Source of the DNA: Vicugna vicugna
Lineage: Eukaryota
Reading direction: 5' to 3'
NCBI GenBank assembly: GCA_013265495.1
Contig: MU058241.1
Span: 434,001-498,000, forward strand
DNA: 64,000 bases
A model generated the notes under the pieces. That model saw only the letters and a program-made list of their open reading frames with translations, was not told the origin of the DNA and searched no databases. This document shows, piece after piece, positions 50,201-62,852 of the stretch. The number at the start of each line of letters is the position of its first letter. The stretch's first letter is position 1. A program made the position numbers and the translations under genes.

Positions 50201-51699
50201 TGGAGTATTTGGAAAATAAACCACCTGGTGTTCTTTTAGGAAGGCCTGTGCTTCCAGACCCGTAGTTGGTGGGGGCAAACATTTTCTGGAAATCTGTCAT
50301 CTCCACTGCTCCGCACGTTCAGTTATATAATGTAAATGAAGTGACTTCAAATTGGGCTGCTCTCTGAAACTGACAGAAAAGGCTGTTCCTCTTTGTTTCT
50401 CTCATTTATGGGAAAAAAAAAACTAATTCGTAAGCAGCATGTGAAGTTACATTATTCACAGGGGCCCTTGAGCATGCCCTCCTGAAACCATCTGGCATGA
50501 TGTACAACCCGACTCACTTCAGGCTTCACTTGCAATAGAAGATAAAGCCCTTCCTTCACTGTCTTCACCTTTCCTACCCTGGAACTTTCACAGATCCTTG
50601 CAAAGCACACACACTGAACAGCTAGATACCACAGACACGCCTGTGCGCCTCGTAGGCCAGAATCCATGCAATGACTCGCTCCAAATCCTTTATTGATTTT
50701 GTATCATCTGATGTGACTTTGGAGTATGAAATTTAGTAACTCAGCCGCTATTGCATGCTCATCTCAGACAAAGCAGTTGTTCGTTGATCTTCAGAAGACT
50801 TTTCTTGCTTCAGAAGTCGCAGTAATTGCTTTCCTTTTGCTTATTTTGACTTAGTACCTGTTTGGCATGTGTGGGTAGATCTAAGTCGAGTTTGTTTGTT
50901 CCTTAGGAAATCAAACTGAAATAAACCTTCACCAGCTTATGGTAACAGTTGCTAGTTCACACTCTAGTTGTAGAAGATCCGACTTTGAGGAAGAAACGGT
51001 TCTCGGCAGCTCTTGCTAAAATGAGTAGATAAATTGTATTCTACATTTTATGTCAGAACCATAACCAGTGTATTTGTGACAACCCAAAAATCTGTTGTGC
51101 CAGACTCAGATCATTATAATTTGTAATTTGGAGAACTACTTCTGATCACAGAAGGGTCATTGCTTGCAGTGAATTTGAGGATTTTTAGAATGTGTTAACC
51201 GTGTTGTAGGTCACGCATGTTCTTCCTGTGTGTGAGGGCTTTATCATGGAATGAGCTGAGCAGTAATTAACCTCACTGGGCTCTGAACGCTTAACGACTG
51301 TGCCCACCGTGGGAAGGGGGCCGGTATTCCTCGCCTCCTTAATTACGTCTGCGTTTCAGAGGGGAGACATCTCTGGGGAACAGCATGTGAATGGATGTCA
51401 AAACGTGTCTTAAGGGGAACAGGAGAACCGATGTTCTTCTGTCAAGTTGGACACTTGCTGAACAAGACCACCAAATAGAGACCATGTTTTCCTAACTCGA
51501 AGATAAAGAAACATTTTGTCTTTTTTCCCCATCTGCAATTTTTGTTTCAGAAAGTGATACGTCTTACCTTCAGTTTCATGTAGCAGTGTTTCTGTTCCAT
51601 GAAAATCTTCAGTATTTGACTTTTGCCATGATTTACAGCTGATGGTGTCTTAGAATGGAAGGGGTATAGGAGTTTGTCAGCCCTGTTGAGTGAGAATTC

Positions 51700-52270
51700 T
51701 GTCTCAGTGGCCTATTGCTGCCATAAAAAGCTATTGCGTCCTTGGTAGCTTAAGACAACACACATTTACTGTCTCACAGTCCTGTAGGGGAGGAGACTGA
51801 CATGGGACTCACTAAAAGGCTGGGCTGAAGTCTTAACTGAATACCCTGGGGGGCAATTCTCTTGCAAGTTACTGTCAGAACCGTGTTCCATGGTGAGGTC
51901 CGAGATCCTCGTTCCTGTGTTGACTGTCGTGTGGGGGTGATTCTCAGCTCCTCCAGGCCCCCTTCGCTCCCCGGCTCAGAGTCCCTTCCATCTTCCAAGC
52001 CAGTAATGACAGGTCGCTCATTCTCATGCCCCATCTCTCTTGACTTTGTCCTGCTGCTTCAACTCTCGGAGCTCAGCGGGGAAAGGTTCTCTGCTTTTAA
52101 GAGCTCGTATAATTGTTTGAGCCCACTGGATAATCCAGGGTAACCTCCCCCTCTCAGCATCCTTTACTGGTCATATCCATGAGGTCCCTTTGGCCGTGGA
52201 ACGTGACCCATTCCCAGGTTCCAGGGGTTAGGACGTGGACCTCTTTGGGGGCCGTTATTTTGCCTGTGCA
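51700..52270 (-). mobile_element. MaLR solo LTR (MLT1D/E-like)
   Basis: GCTTAAGACAACACACATTTACTGTCTCACAGT, GAAAGGTTCTCTGCTTTTAAG, CAGGTTCCAGGGGTTAGGACGTGGACCTCTTTGGGGGCC. Confidence 0.85.
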
Positions 52271-54369
52271 AACCCTAACGTGTCTGGTGTGAGCAGTCTT
52301 CTGAAAGCCCCAAGGCAGGCCACAGGGCCAGCATGCACGCTAGCAGATGCTGGAGAGAGGCTTCGGTCTTGCAGTGGAGGACAACGCTGAGCCTCTGAAG
52401 CAGGTGAACACACCGTGTGTGTGTTCTCTGTAGAGTTTTCTGTGCCTTGAAGGGGTGCTTGCCAGAGACGCAGAGAACCGAATGAGGGCGCCTTCCAGCT
52501 GGCATCTGTGGGGCGCCTGCTGGTCACTGCCGGGGTCGGCTCCGCTTTACCACGAATGTGCCCGGCGGGCTCTCCAGCCAGGCCCCAGGCGGGTCACTTC
52601 CCAATACTCACTTCGTTGAACAACAACAAAATAATAACGTTCTTGGGGAAACTGGGCCATATTTCCAGACAATTGAACATTCTTTTATTGCCTTTTCACT
52701 AAAAACTTGGCCTAAAAATGTGGCTCTTCTTGAGGACAGTGGAGCGTAATAAAGTTCTAAAACTGAATGCTCTCTGCTGCTCTTGGAGACCCTACCAGTA
52801 TTTCCATTTTATTGACAATACCACTCTTCTAATGAGCCATAGACTTTGTTCCTTCAATATTCGTGCTGAGGATGGCACTGTGTAGGGCAGCATAATGAAT
52901 TTAAAGGCCATCCCAGGACTCTCAGAACCACAGAAGATGGAAGATGAGATGCCTCTTTATCAGGGCAGGAATTGACCTGTCTAGGGAGACTCGGGTTGTG
53001 AATTTCCACATTCCTAGCTACATGCCTGTGCACTAGAAACACGAAAGCATGTCTGTAACCCACCTTGCAAACAGCATACAGTATTTTAATCTGAGTGAGT
53101 CAGATATTAAGTAGGTTTCACACGAGTGGTTACAACACTTGTAGAAAACCTCTACTCGTTTAAACATGTTTAAATCTACTTTTTCACCATTTAAGCTCAA
53201 TAATACTGAACACCAAGTCTCCAGTTGTGCAGATGGCTGTTTCAGAAGATAAACTGTGATGTTCAGCTGAAGTAAAATTGCACAAGAGGTCGAAAGTAGG
53301 AAAACCCTGCTTTTCAACAATTTCCCAATCTTGAGAGTCAGTAAAACAGGATTTTATGGGACCAAAAATGGTATTATTTACATCATGCAGCTTAAAATGT
53401 GCAACCATAAACCTTTTTTTCCCACTTGAAGAAATTATAAGCAGAGAATATTGTGTTTCCGTAGATAACGTGACTTTTGATCCAGTGATAGAATCGCGTG
53501 CCCAACAGAAGCGCAATGATAAAAGTCTTCAGATCACTGAATCAATTCTGGCACCGGTTTTATTGTGCCTGAATATGTGATGCGTGTCTCCATGAATTTC
53601 AGCCTCTCAGCTCTCTGGTTGCTTTCTCTCTGCCAACGGCAGGAAATGTACTTTCTTTTCAGGACTTTTTGAGCCCTGGTTTCTCGGGATGTTTGTGCCC
53701 TCTTTTTCGCTCCTCCCCTTTTGTCCCCAGGCAGGACCCTCCTTTACTCACAGCAGACTGGGCTCGAGCCCTGGTGTCCACCGTCCTTTACTCTTGTTGG
53801 TTTGTAATTGGTGTTGAATGGTGTCCCACGTTTGTGGCGCATGAGACGTCTTTCAAGTGTGGTTATTTTGAATGGGCCCCTACGCTGTGGCTTTGCCACG
53901 TGTACCCCTAGTTCTCTCCCCAGAGAAAGACCTTCAGCCAGAGCTGCCCGCCGCCATCCAGACTGTGGACCACAGGGAAGGCCCTGCTTTTACTGCACAA
54001 CCCGGACAGGTCAGCCAGAGTCCATCACTTACACTTACCTTAGTGAGGAGCTTGCCAACAAGGCTGGGGCCAGGGATGGTAGAGTGATGCTCACAGAGGG
54101 TTGAAGTATCCAGAGATGAAGGACTGGGAGAAAGGGTGCTTGGGTGCTGGGTGCAGCGTGGATGGGGTGCTTCTCCCTGAGTGGTAACATCCTGAGGGAG
54201 GACCACGACAGGAAGAGGACGGGAATGCAGGTGGAGAGGTCATCTTGAAGGTCTGCAGCATATTCCGTGCAGCTTTCCAGTAAGCTGCTGGCTTTAGGAG
54301 TCTGAAGCCTAGCAGAGAGGTCACAGGGAAAGGCCATGAATGCTGTGGGCAGCTGGGGAGACCCTAGGC

Positions 54370-54593
54370 CAGGGCTTGGCACACTTTGTCTATAAAAGGC
54401 CAGAGAGTAAATATTTTAAGCTTTGTGGGCCGCACAGCATCTGCTGCAGCTCTTCAGCACTGCCACTGTGGCTCAAACACAGCCAGAGGCAGTGGGCCAA
54501 CCAAGGGGTGTGGCCATGTGCCAATAAAACTTTATTTAAAAAATCAAGCGGTGGGCTGGAGTTGGCCCTTGGGCTGTGGTTAGCCATCCTCTG
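54370..54593. mobile_element. MER58A, near full length
   Basis: CAGGGCTTGGCACACTTTGTCTATAAAAGGCCAGAGAGTAAATATTTTAAGCTTTGTGGGCC...GTGCCAATAAAACTTTATTTA...GCCATCCTCTG. Confidence 0.9.
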
Positions 54594-55686
54594 CTATAAA
54601 TCGTGAATGGAAGACATGGGACAGGTCTGTGGGGAACGTCAGTACTTGTGACAGTGCTTCTGAAAGCTTAGTAGGACATAACCTCCTGGGACGTATTTCA
54701 AATGCAGAGATTTCCAGGCCCCATACCAGTTTCACCTGCAATGGAAATCCAACTTTGGACTTAAGGGATGGATGGCAACCATGAGCGCAGAGGAAAAGGG
54801 GAGAGGGCAGCTTCCCAGAGCCCTGGTGGAAGGGGGTAGACAGCAACCTGAGAAATCAAGTCTAATTATTAGGACCACACCTTACCCTTTGGCCGTAGCA
54901 ACAAAAAGTGTTGGTGTAGTTGGGGGGGGGTGGAGGGCAGAAGCATACCCGTGGCGGGCTCAGAGGCACAGGGAAATGAAAATAGAAAATAGCGGCTCTG
55001 GAGAACTTTTTAATCAGGGAGAGAGCAAAGGTGGTTTTTAATTGGAAGAAGAAAGAGAAATTTTTATTTATCTAAGGCAGGAGAGACCCCCACCTCCAGC
55101 ATGTAAGTGTGGATGACGAGGGGCCAGTAGGGAGGAGAGGTGGGAAACTCAGGAGAGACAGCGGCTGATGACCACAGCCAGGATGCGGAAGGGGCAGCTA
55201 TCTGGGGAGCAGGGTTTCAGGGAATAAGCGTGTTTATATAAAGAGAATGAAGGCAGAGTGTCCAGCTGCAGGTCAGTTTAGAGGCAAGAAGATAAAGTGA
55301 CTCCCACTGGTGGCTGCTTTGGTGTTTCTGAGGAGGCCTGTGTCATTTGCTGCAGGTGAGCAGGGTCCCGCGGCTGGTCGGCTAGTGGGAATGAGGGTCT
55401 GCTGTGGAAGGTGGGAGAGTGGAAGGCCATGGACAGGCTCTGCATCCCCACTCATGTGCACCTGCGATGTCCTCTCCTGGGGGGTCTCTGCTTTCATTCA
55501 CTCAGTCTAAAAATACCCATGGTGTGTCCATCGTGAGCCGGTCCCCAGCTGGGGATGCAAGATGAATCGAACATCATCCTTGCTCTCGGGGAGACAGAGA
55601 ATGAAAGTGCATTGTGATGCCTCGTGGGAAGGGGTAGACCAGAGCTCCACACAAAGAGACGCGCCTGTGTGGGCATGCACTTGCGC

Positions 55687-55715
55687 GCACACACACACAC
55701 ATAGACACACACACA
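55687..55715. repeat. Interrupted (CA)n microsatellite
   Basis: Seen directly. Confidence 0.85.
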
Positions 55716-57069
55716 TGAGCACACGGGGTTGGAACACTCTCTCACACTTTGCCCTGTGTGCCCAGCCGGGAGCCTTGCTGTGGCTCCCCAGACCTCCCGG
55801 CTCGCTCCCTCTCCAGGTATGAAAACTTGTACCCATCTCCGGAAGCCTAACCCACACCCCGACGTGTCTTCTCACATTAAACTCCTGGGGCTTTGCACTT
55901 GGACAAAGCACCCTTTATCATGAGGGAGGAGAGGCAGGAAGTGCCAGGAGAGCCCGATTCCAAAGCAAACACACCCAACAGAGAAAACCATTTACGCAAA
56001 CGGCTTCTGAGTCACCATTCCTGCATGACAGTTTCTTATTGGAAATGAATGATCCTGAATCTGTTATGATCACAAAAACAGGAAGAAGCATCAGAGAACT
56101 CGAGGCTAAATTTGTCCTGAAAATAATCACTTCCTTCTGTCCGCCCGTCAGAGAACATTCAACACTTCTACTCAAAACAAGGTTGTCAGATCAGTTGACT
56201 GAATTGATCGCCCCTTTCCAGTACTGTGTTTCATGAATAATGGAGCCGTATCTTAAGTGAAAAGATGATTTTCTATACCAGATTTGCAAGGTAAAACCAT
56301 TCTACATGATGAATCAAATTAATTGAAGTATTACCTGTAAAGTTACCATGGCTTGTGCGGACTTAGCTATAATCTTTGTCAGTGGGATTAATTGTACTGA
56401 ATCTGTGTTCATTTTTCTAAGAAAGCTGTGAAACATTGCATCTTAGGCTGTTTAGCAAATGCATCAGGAATCAGACCATCTACTTGGCAGATGGCTTCAC
56501 ACTCTGTCCTAAGCAGTTATGCAGAAATTCACATACAGCAGCTGAAGCTTATGCCCTTCACAGGTTGAAAAGAAGTGTTCAGAGTCATAATTCTTATCAG
56601 TTGTATACATACATTAGCCCCATCTTAAGTTTTATTTCTTGCTGTGATTCGATCTCAGTTGAGAGCAGGAATTGTTAAATTAAGTGAATTCCTATCAATT
56701 TGTGCTCTTCCACAGCTTAAGCTCTGCTTAATCATCTGCTCTCCTCCACCATAAACGTGAGAAAGGGCAAAGTTTAGTTTAGAAACAGATGTTTCTTTCT
56801 GGGGGTTAAGTAGACAGAGCAAGGTAAGAGTAAAGAAAGCTTCCTGAACCCACAGATCTTAATAATAGGTGCTGTCTGGCCGCGGGACGTTCCCATTCTT
56901 AACACGTTGCTTTCACAGAATTCATAGAATCCAGTCTCCTTGTTTACTTCTTATTCAGCAAGTGTTTATTGAGTATCAGCTGCAGGCTTGATACCGTTCT
57001 AGTTGTAGGAGACAGAAAGTTTTCTTAAGAAGGACAACGTGTCTTTCGTGTTCCTGTATGAGCTCTGCC

Positions 57070-57410
57070 GTCATTCCTGGCTGGTGGGCACGTTCAGTGG
57101 TACAGTGACTTTGGAAAACTTCTAGTGTCTAACAGTCAGTGCATTTCCACGTGACCCAGAAATTCCACTTGTGGGGTAGACACCCAAAAGACAGGCATGT
57201 TCGTGTCTACAAAAAGAGACATGGGGTTTGGGGGGTGGGGTGGCCAGTAACTGGGAGGGATGGGAGTAAACTTTCTAAAGGATCAAAGTGTTCTCCGTTT
57301 TGACTGGGGGTGGTGACGTATGGTTATTTACAAATGTAAAAAGTCATGACACTTTAGACAATTAAGATTTCTGTTTTAGTAAATGAAAGTTATTCCTCAA
57401 AATAGAAAAT
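57070..57410 (+). mobile_element. Old LINE-1 3' end (L1MC/ME-like), internally deleted
   Basis: GCTGGTGGG...GGTACAGTGACTTTGGAAAAC, TGACCCAGAAATTCCACT, TTGACTGGGGGTGGTGAC, AAGTTATTCCTCAA. Confidence 0.7.
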
Positions 57411-58194
57411 GTAGTGGGAACAAGATAAAGATTTGACATGTACATTTCACCATCCCACAGGCAAAAACCAGCTCTAGACTACTTTCTTTTGCCAGCTGAG
57501 CTCACCAGGGAGAGAAACCTCAGTCGTGGTTAATCTTCTTTCTGAAGCCTCCACGTTCTCCCTTATGGGGAAGACAGGACAGTGATGTGAGAGCTACCCC
57601 TTGGGGTTTTCTACCTACTGAGACACCATCCTTGCTGAAGCCTCAGAAAGTTATCAGGAAAGTAGTTAATATTTAGATACCGTGGGCCCAGTGACTTAAG
57701 TATATAAACCCTAATGATCAGAATGGCCCTGAACGTTGGAGTGGTTGGTTCCACTTTCTCCGTGAGCATTTGTGGCCGTCTAAGGGGGTACTTGCCCTGG
57801 GTCCTCCAGCTGCAGGAGAAGGATGCCAGGCTCTCGTGCACCAGGCTGGACACACAGTACCAGAGAGACAGCATCACTTCCAGATCTGTCTACACATAAG
57901 GACGCATACATCCCACAGGACAGTTTGCAGGACTGATGCATCCAGGGCTCAGTTAGGGACCCTCACGTGCGGAAGTGCCAGAAAAAAGTAATTCCCTTTA
58001 CCCTGTTGTCTTGAGCAGGCATGTGCTGGACTGAGAATTTTCCTTAGTCAGATTTCAGTCATTAAGAATTTATGTACAAACTGGTCAAATTAAAGGAAGC
58101 ATCTAGAAGCATATGCATCAACAGCTATTCTTCCCACATGGATAAATGTTCACTTTGTTATGGCCAGTCATAGTAACAGTCATTCAGTCATTGT

Positions 58195-58409
58195 GCTAAA
58201 ATATATATAAAATAAAATATGCCATTTTAGCCATTTTTAAGTGTACAATTCAAGGGCATTCATTATATTCACACAGTTGTGCAACCATCACCACCGTCTC
58301 TAGAATGTTTCTGTTACCCGACCCAGAAACTCAGGCCCTTAAGCAGGAACTCCCCATGCCCCCTTCCCCTGCCCCTGATGTCCTCTGACCTACTTCCTGT
58401 CTCTGTGAA
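58195..58409 (-). mobile_element. LINE-1 3' end (L1MB-like)
   Basis: CCATTTTAGCCATTTTTAAGTGTACAATTCA...TATATTCACACAGTTGTGCAACCATCACCAC. Confidence 0.85.
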
Positions 58410-58425
58410 GAGCAGCCGTCATTCT

Positions 58426-59870
58426 CTGTTCTTTTTTAAACATTTTTTTGTTGAGTTATAGTCATTTTACAATGTGTCAGTTTCCAGTGTAGAGCACAAT
58501 TTTTCAGTTATGCATGAACATACATATATTCATTATCACATTTTTTTCGCTGTGACTACCACAAGATCTTGTATATATTTCCCTGTGCTATACAGTATAA
58601 TCTTGTTTATCTATTCTGCATATGCCTGTCAGTATCTACAAGTTTTGAACTCCCAGTGTGTCCCTTCCCACCCGCCTCCCCCTTGGCAACCACAAGTTTG
58701 TATTCTATGCCTATGAGTCTGGTTTTTTTTTTTTTTTTGTATTTATGTCCTTTTTTTTTAAAATTTTAGATTCCACATATGAGCGATCTCATATGGTATT
58801 TTTCTTTCTCTTTCTGACTTACTTCACTTAGAATGACATTCTCCAGGAGCATCCATGTTGCTGCAAATGGTGTTATGTTGTTGGTTTTTATGGCTGAATA
58901 GTATTCCATTGTATAAATACACCACCTCTTCTTTATCCAGTCATCTGTTGATGGACATTTAGGCTTTTTCCATGTTTTGGCTATTGTAAATAGTGCTGCT
59001 ATGAACTTTGGGGTGCAGGTGTCTTTTTGAAGTAGGGTTCCTTTTGGATATATGCCCAGGACAGGATTACTGGGTGATATGGTAAGTCTACTCCTAGTCT
59101 TTTGAGGAATCTCCATACTGTTTTCCACAGTGACTGTACCAAACTGCATTCCCACCAGCAGTGTAGGAGGGTTCCCCTTTCTCCACAGCCTCTCGAGCAT
59201 TTGTCATTTGTGGCCTTTTGAATGATGGCCATTCTGACTGGTGTGAGGTGATAACCTCATTGTAGTTTTGATTTGCAATTCTCTGATAGTGATATTGAGC
59301 ATTTTTTATGTGCCTATTAATCATTTGTATGTCTTCCTTGGAGAATTGCTTGTTTAGGTCTTGTGCCCATTTTTGGATTGGATTGTTTGTTTTTTTCTTA
59401 TTAAGTCATATGAGCTGCTTATATATTCTGGAGATCACGCCTTTGTTGGTTTCATCATTTGCAAAAATTTTCTCCCATTCTGTAGGTTGTCTTTTTGTTT
59501 TACTTATGGTTTCCTTTGCTGTGCAGAAGCTTGTAAGGTTGATTAGGTCCCATTTGTTTATTCTTGTTTTTATTTCTATTGCTTGGGTAGACTGCCCTAG
59601 GAGAACATTTTTGAGATGTATGTGAGATAATGTTTTGCCTATATTTTCTCCTAGGAGGTTTACTGTATCTTGTCTTATCTTATCTTGTCTTTGATCCATT
59701 TGGAGTTAATTTTTGTGTATGGTGTTAGGGAGTGTTCTAGCTTCATTGATTTACATGCTGCTGTCCAGTTTTCCCAACACGATTTGCTGAAGAGACTGTC
59801 TTTATTCCATTGTATATTCTTGCCTCCTTTGTCGAAGATTAGTTGACAAAAAGTTTGTGGGTTCATTTCT
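58426..59870 (-). mobile_element. 5'-truncated lineage-specific LINE-1 (ORF2 C-terminal part plus 3' UTR) with target-site duplication
   Basis: Frameshifted ORF2 peptides ([67 protein letters not shown]). TSD GAGCAGCCGTCATTCT (58410-58425) vs GAGGAGGCGTCATTCT (59871-59886), 14/16 identical. Confidence 0.96.
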
Positions 59871-62069
59871 GAGGAGGCGTCATTCTTGATGTGATTTTTG
59901 GGAAATGCTATTTTCTAGGAAATAAAGAGTCACTTTAATGCCTTTTATTGAAGAAGCTAAAATTAAGGTCTTATCCTTCCCTTTTCTGTCACCATAGATA
60001 CTTGGACAAATGACTGAATTACTGTGTCATAAAACACTAATATTTCCAGGAGAGAAAATGACATCTTTTCTCGTCTTAAAGGGCTGTATTTATTCCACCA
60101 GTAGGATATCCCTGCGCTGTCAATTAATTCCAGGTAAGCGAGGTAGAATGAATCACCTCTGGTTTAGAAGTCTTCTAGCAGATTCATTCATATATAAAAA
60201 TGCATTAGTAGAAGAATCATTTCTTTGCCACATTCTAACATAATTATGGACAATAAGACACCCACCAAGTCTGGGTCCTCCACTCTAAGGAAGCAGTGTT
60301 CTCCGTTCTGTAGCAAGCTTGCAGCCAGAGGGCCTCATTATCCCCGTTTTACAAAGCAAGAGAGCTGGGGCCACCCTGTCATCTTCAGCGACTCCTGTCT
60401 TAACAAATAGCATAGCATCTCACAGAGAACCAGGTAAGTTTTTTTTTTTTTTAATGCTTGCTTCTTAGACGTCCATAATCCATTTCCAGTATTTAAAGGT
60501 GCAATAATTTGGCTGTTTTCACCTGAGAGTTCTGTCAGATTCAAAACTGAGGGCCGTGTGCTTCTGGCAAAGGAGGGAGCCTCACTGAAACAAATCTCCC
60601 CCTCTGCTGTCCGAATCTCGTTCTTTAGACAGTTCGTGTTGCATATTAATGATGTCATTTGGTTTCCCTTTGTTCCTCTTGTACCTGACTACGTGTTTTT
60701 ATTGCGGTTTTACAGTGGTAGGATTTGACAGTGCTGACTTGCCCCAGGGAGCAAGGCCATTAATCTCCAGCAAGCCAGTAACGGGGGTGGATTTCTCCAT
60801 GTTCTCAGAAACACGCTGTGTGATTTCTTTTTCTCGTTGTCATCACTGTCATTTTCATCTTTTTATCTACATATTCTTATCACATCCGTTCTTTTGTGTA
60901 AACTAGACAGCTGTCGACATTTTCCTATCTGTTACTTTGAACAGGAAAAGGTCTTTCTAATATTCCAAAGCTCTTTTCACACCCTTGTCTCTTGGCTGAT
61001 TTAAAACTTTGTACCAGTGCAGTTGAATGGGACTAATTATTGTATCAAACCTCAATAGTGACTTTGGGTTTAACTGTCATTCTTCTTCCCCCACCTCTAC
61101 CCTTCAGTGCCCTGGGGGGCTGCCTCAAATGGGGAACCTAATTCTCAGGGTTTAGTATTTAATCATAGCGGTCGAATGTGAATTAAATTCAGGCTGCTAG
61201 AGACAAAAACAGTTTCTTCACCCTTTGCCAAAGAATAGCCTTCTCTTTTAAGGACAAAAAGCATACTAAGTATTTCTTGGACTTTCAATAGTGTGTGCAG
61301 GGTTACTGTTTGTGGGGATGAGTAAGATGTGACTGCATCACAGGGACATAGAAGCCCCAAATGGAAAACTTTCAGTTACTGGAATGAGTCAGGATGGGCA
61401 ATCAGTATACATTTGATGGATCTTCACAATGATTACCTTATAAGTCTGTACTCCTTATGCTTCAGAATACGAATTGGTTTCTAGAAATGCCTTGAAATTT
61501 GCGTGAAGGGAACTGTACCATGAAGAGAAGTGTTTGGAGAGAGGAGAGAATTCATTTCCATGGATATTTAATGCTGCCTGCTGCTGTTTTCCCAGAATGA
61601 AACATTGTGTGGAGGACCAGAAGGGAGGCAAGGATGCCTTGTTGGCAGTACCAGCTGGAGTCAGCGTGGTCTGGGAAGAACAGCATCACCAATGATGAAA
61701 ATCATACTTGCTCACTCAGAAAGGAAGGCGAAAATGGGTCATTAAACTATGGTCACATAGGGTTTGTGAAGCCATGAGAGTATAACGCTTTCATGAAGGA
61801 AAGAGTTTTCCAAGGTCCCTGTCCTTGACAGCATCAGACAGACAGGAGTGACCGAAGGCAGTCTGAGTGGAGGGGTTTCTCCTTGGGCTCTTCCTAGGGA
61901 ATCATCCTGGTGTAAAGCACAGTGGGAGCTGGGGAGGGGAGCTCGGTGGAGCGTGCCCACCTCAGAGAGAACTGAGAGCAGAACCGAGTGTCAGCTGCAC
62001 TGAAGGTGGGCAGTTATCCGACTCAGTAGAACAAACAAATGAGTGACACGTCACAAAACCAGACCCCAC

Positions 62070-62102
62070 CTGCAGTCCCGTCGCTGTCCAAGAGGGGGCA
62101 TC
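62070..62102 (+). promoter_or_regulatory. CTCF motif with upstream module
   Basis: CTGCAGTCCC-N5-TGTCCAAGAGGGGGCATC fits the extended CTCF architecture (upstream module, 5-bp spacer, core). Confidence 0.5.
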
Positions 62103-62274
62103 ATAGGATGCCCGGTGTCACCTACATTACCTGAGGGAAGATGGGTGGGTGGCGGGAATTTTCTCATCTCTGACCAAAGGTGGATAAAGAGAAAAGGTGG
62201 GAACTGATGCCATTTATCACTTTTTGTTTTGTTTTTACTCATCACGTTGACATAAGCAATCTCTCCTTCTCCAT

Positions 62275-62347
62275 TTTTTTTTTTTGATGTAGAGTTGATT
62301 TACAATGTTGTGTTTCCGGTGTACAGCATAGTGATTCAGTCATATAT

Positions 62348-62384
<37 letters not shown>

Positions 62385-62560
62385 CACACACACATATATA
62401 TATATATATACATTCTTTTTCATATTAGTTTTCATTCTAGGTTATTACAAGATACTGAATATAGTTCCCTGTGCTCTACAGTAGGTCCTTGTTGTTCATT
62501 TATTTATATACAGTATTTTATATGTCCCAAACTCCTAATTTATCCCTTTCCCCCTTCCTC
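62275..62560 (-). mobile_element. LINE-1 3' end (L1MA8/9-like) with expanded (CA)/(TA) microsatellite at 62341-62411
   Basis: Poly(T) then GTTGATTTACAATGTTGTGTTTCCGGTGTACAGCATAGTGATTCAG...TTATTACAAGATACTGAATATAGTTCCCTGTGCT. Confidence 0.9.
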
Positions 62561-62729
62561 TACGTTTAATGCCTGGTATAAAATATGCCCAAGCAGTTTT
62601 AACCATGCTCGTGTTCCAAATGAAAATTGAGTGGAGTAATCATTCAGACTAGTCTAGATGCCATTGGGCAAACAGGGTATAAATGAACATTAGTTAAATG
62701 ATTCAGTAAACATTTATGGACTACTAAAT

Positions 62730-62852
62730 CACTGGACCAGAAGCTCTTTAGAAGCAAGGACTGTGTCTTGTCCACATTGAACCTCTGGTACCCCTCGCAT
62801 CAGGGCACACAGTTTCATAGGTTTGTTGTGGAATGGCTGGTTGAGTGAATAA
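62730..62852 (+). mobile_element. L2 3' end
   Basis: AAGCTCTTTAGAAGCAAGGACTGTGTCTTG...GGCACACAG...TTTGTTG...GAGTGAAT. Confidence 0.6.

Noticed and set aside
57222..57264. G-quadruplex-like G runs
   Set aside because: They lie in the G-rich tract normal for L1 3' UTRs.
58766..59866. ORFs with clear protein homology (also 28775-29086 and 34408-34815)
   Set aside because: Frameshifted, truncated L1 ORF2 remnants, not host genes or active elements.
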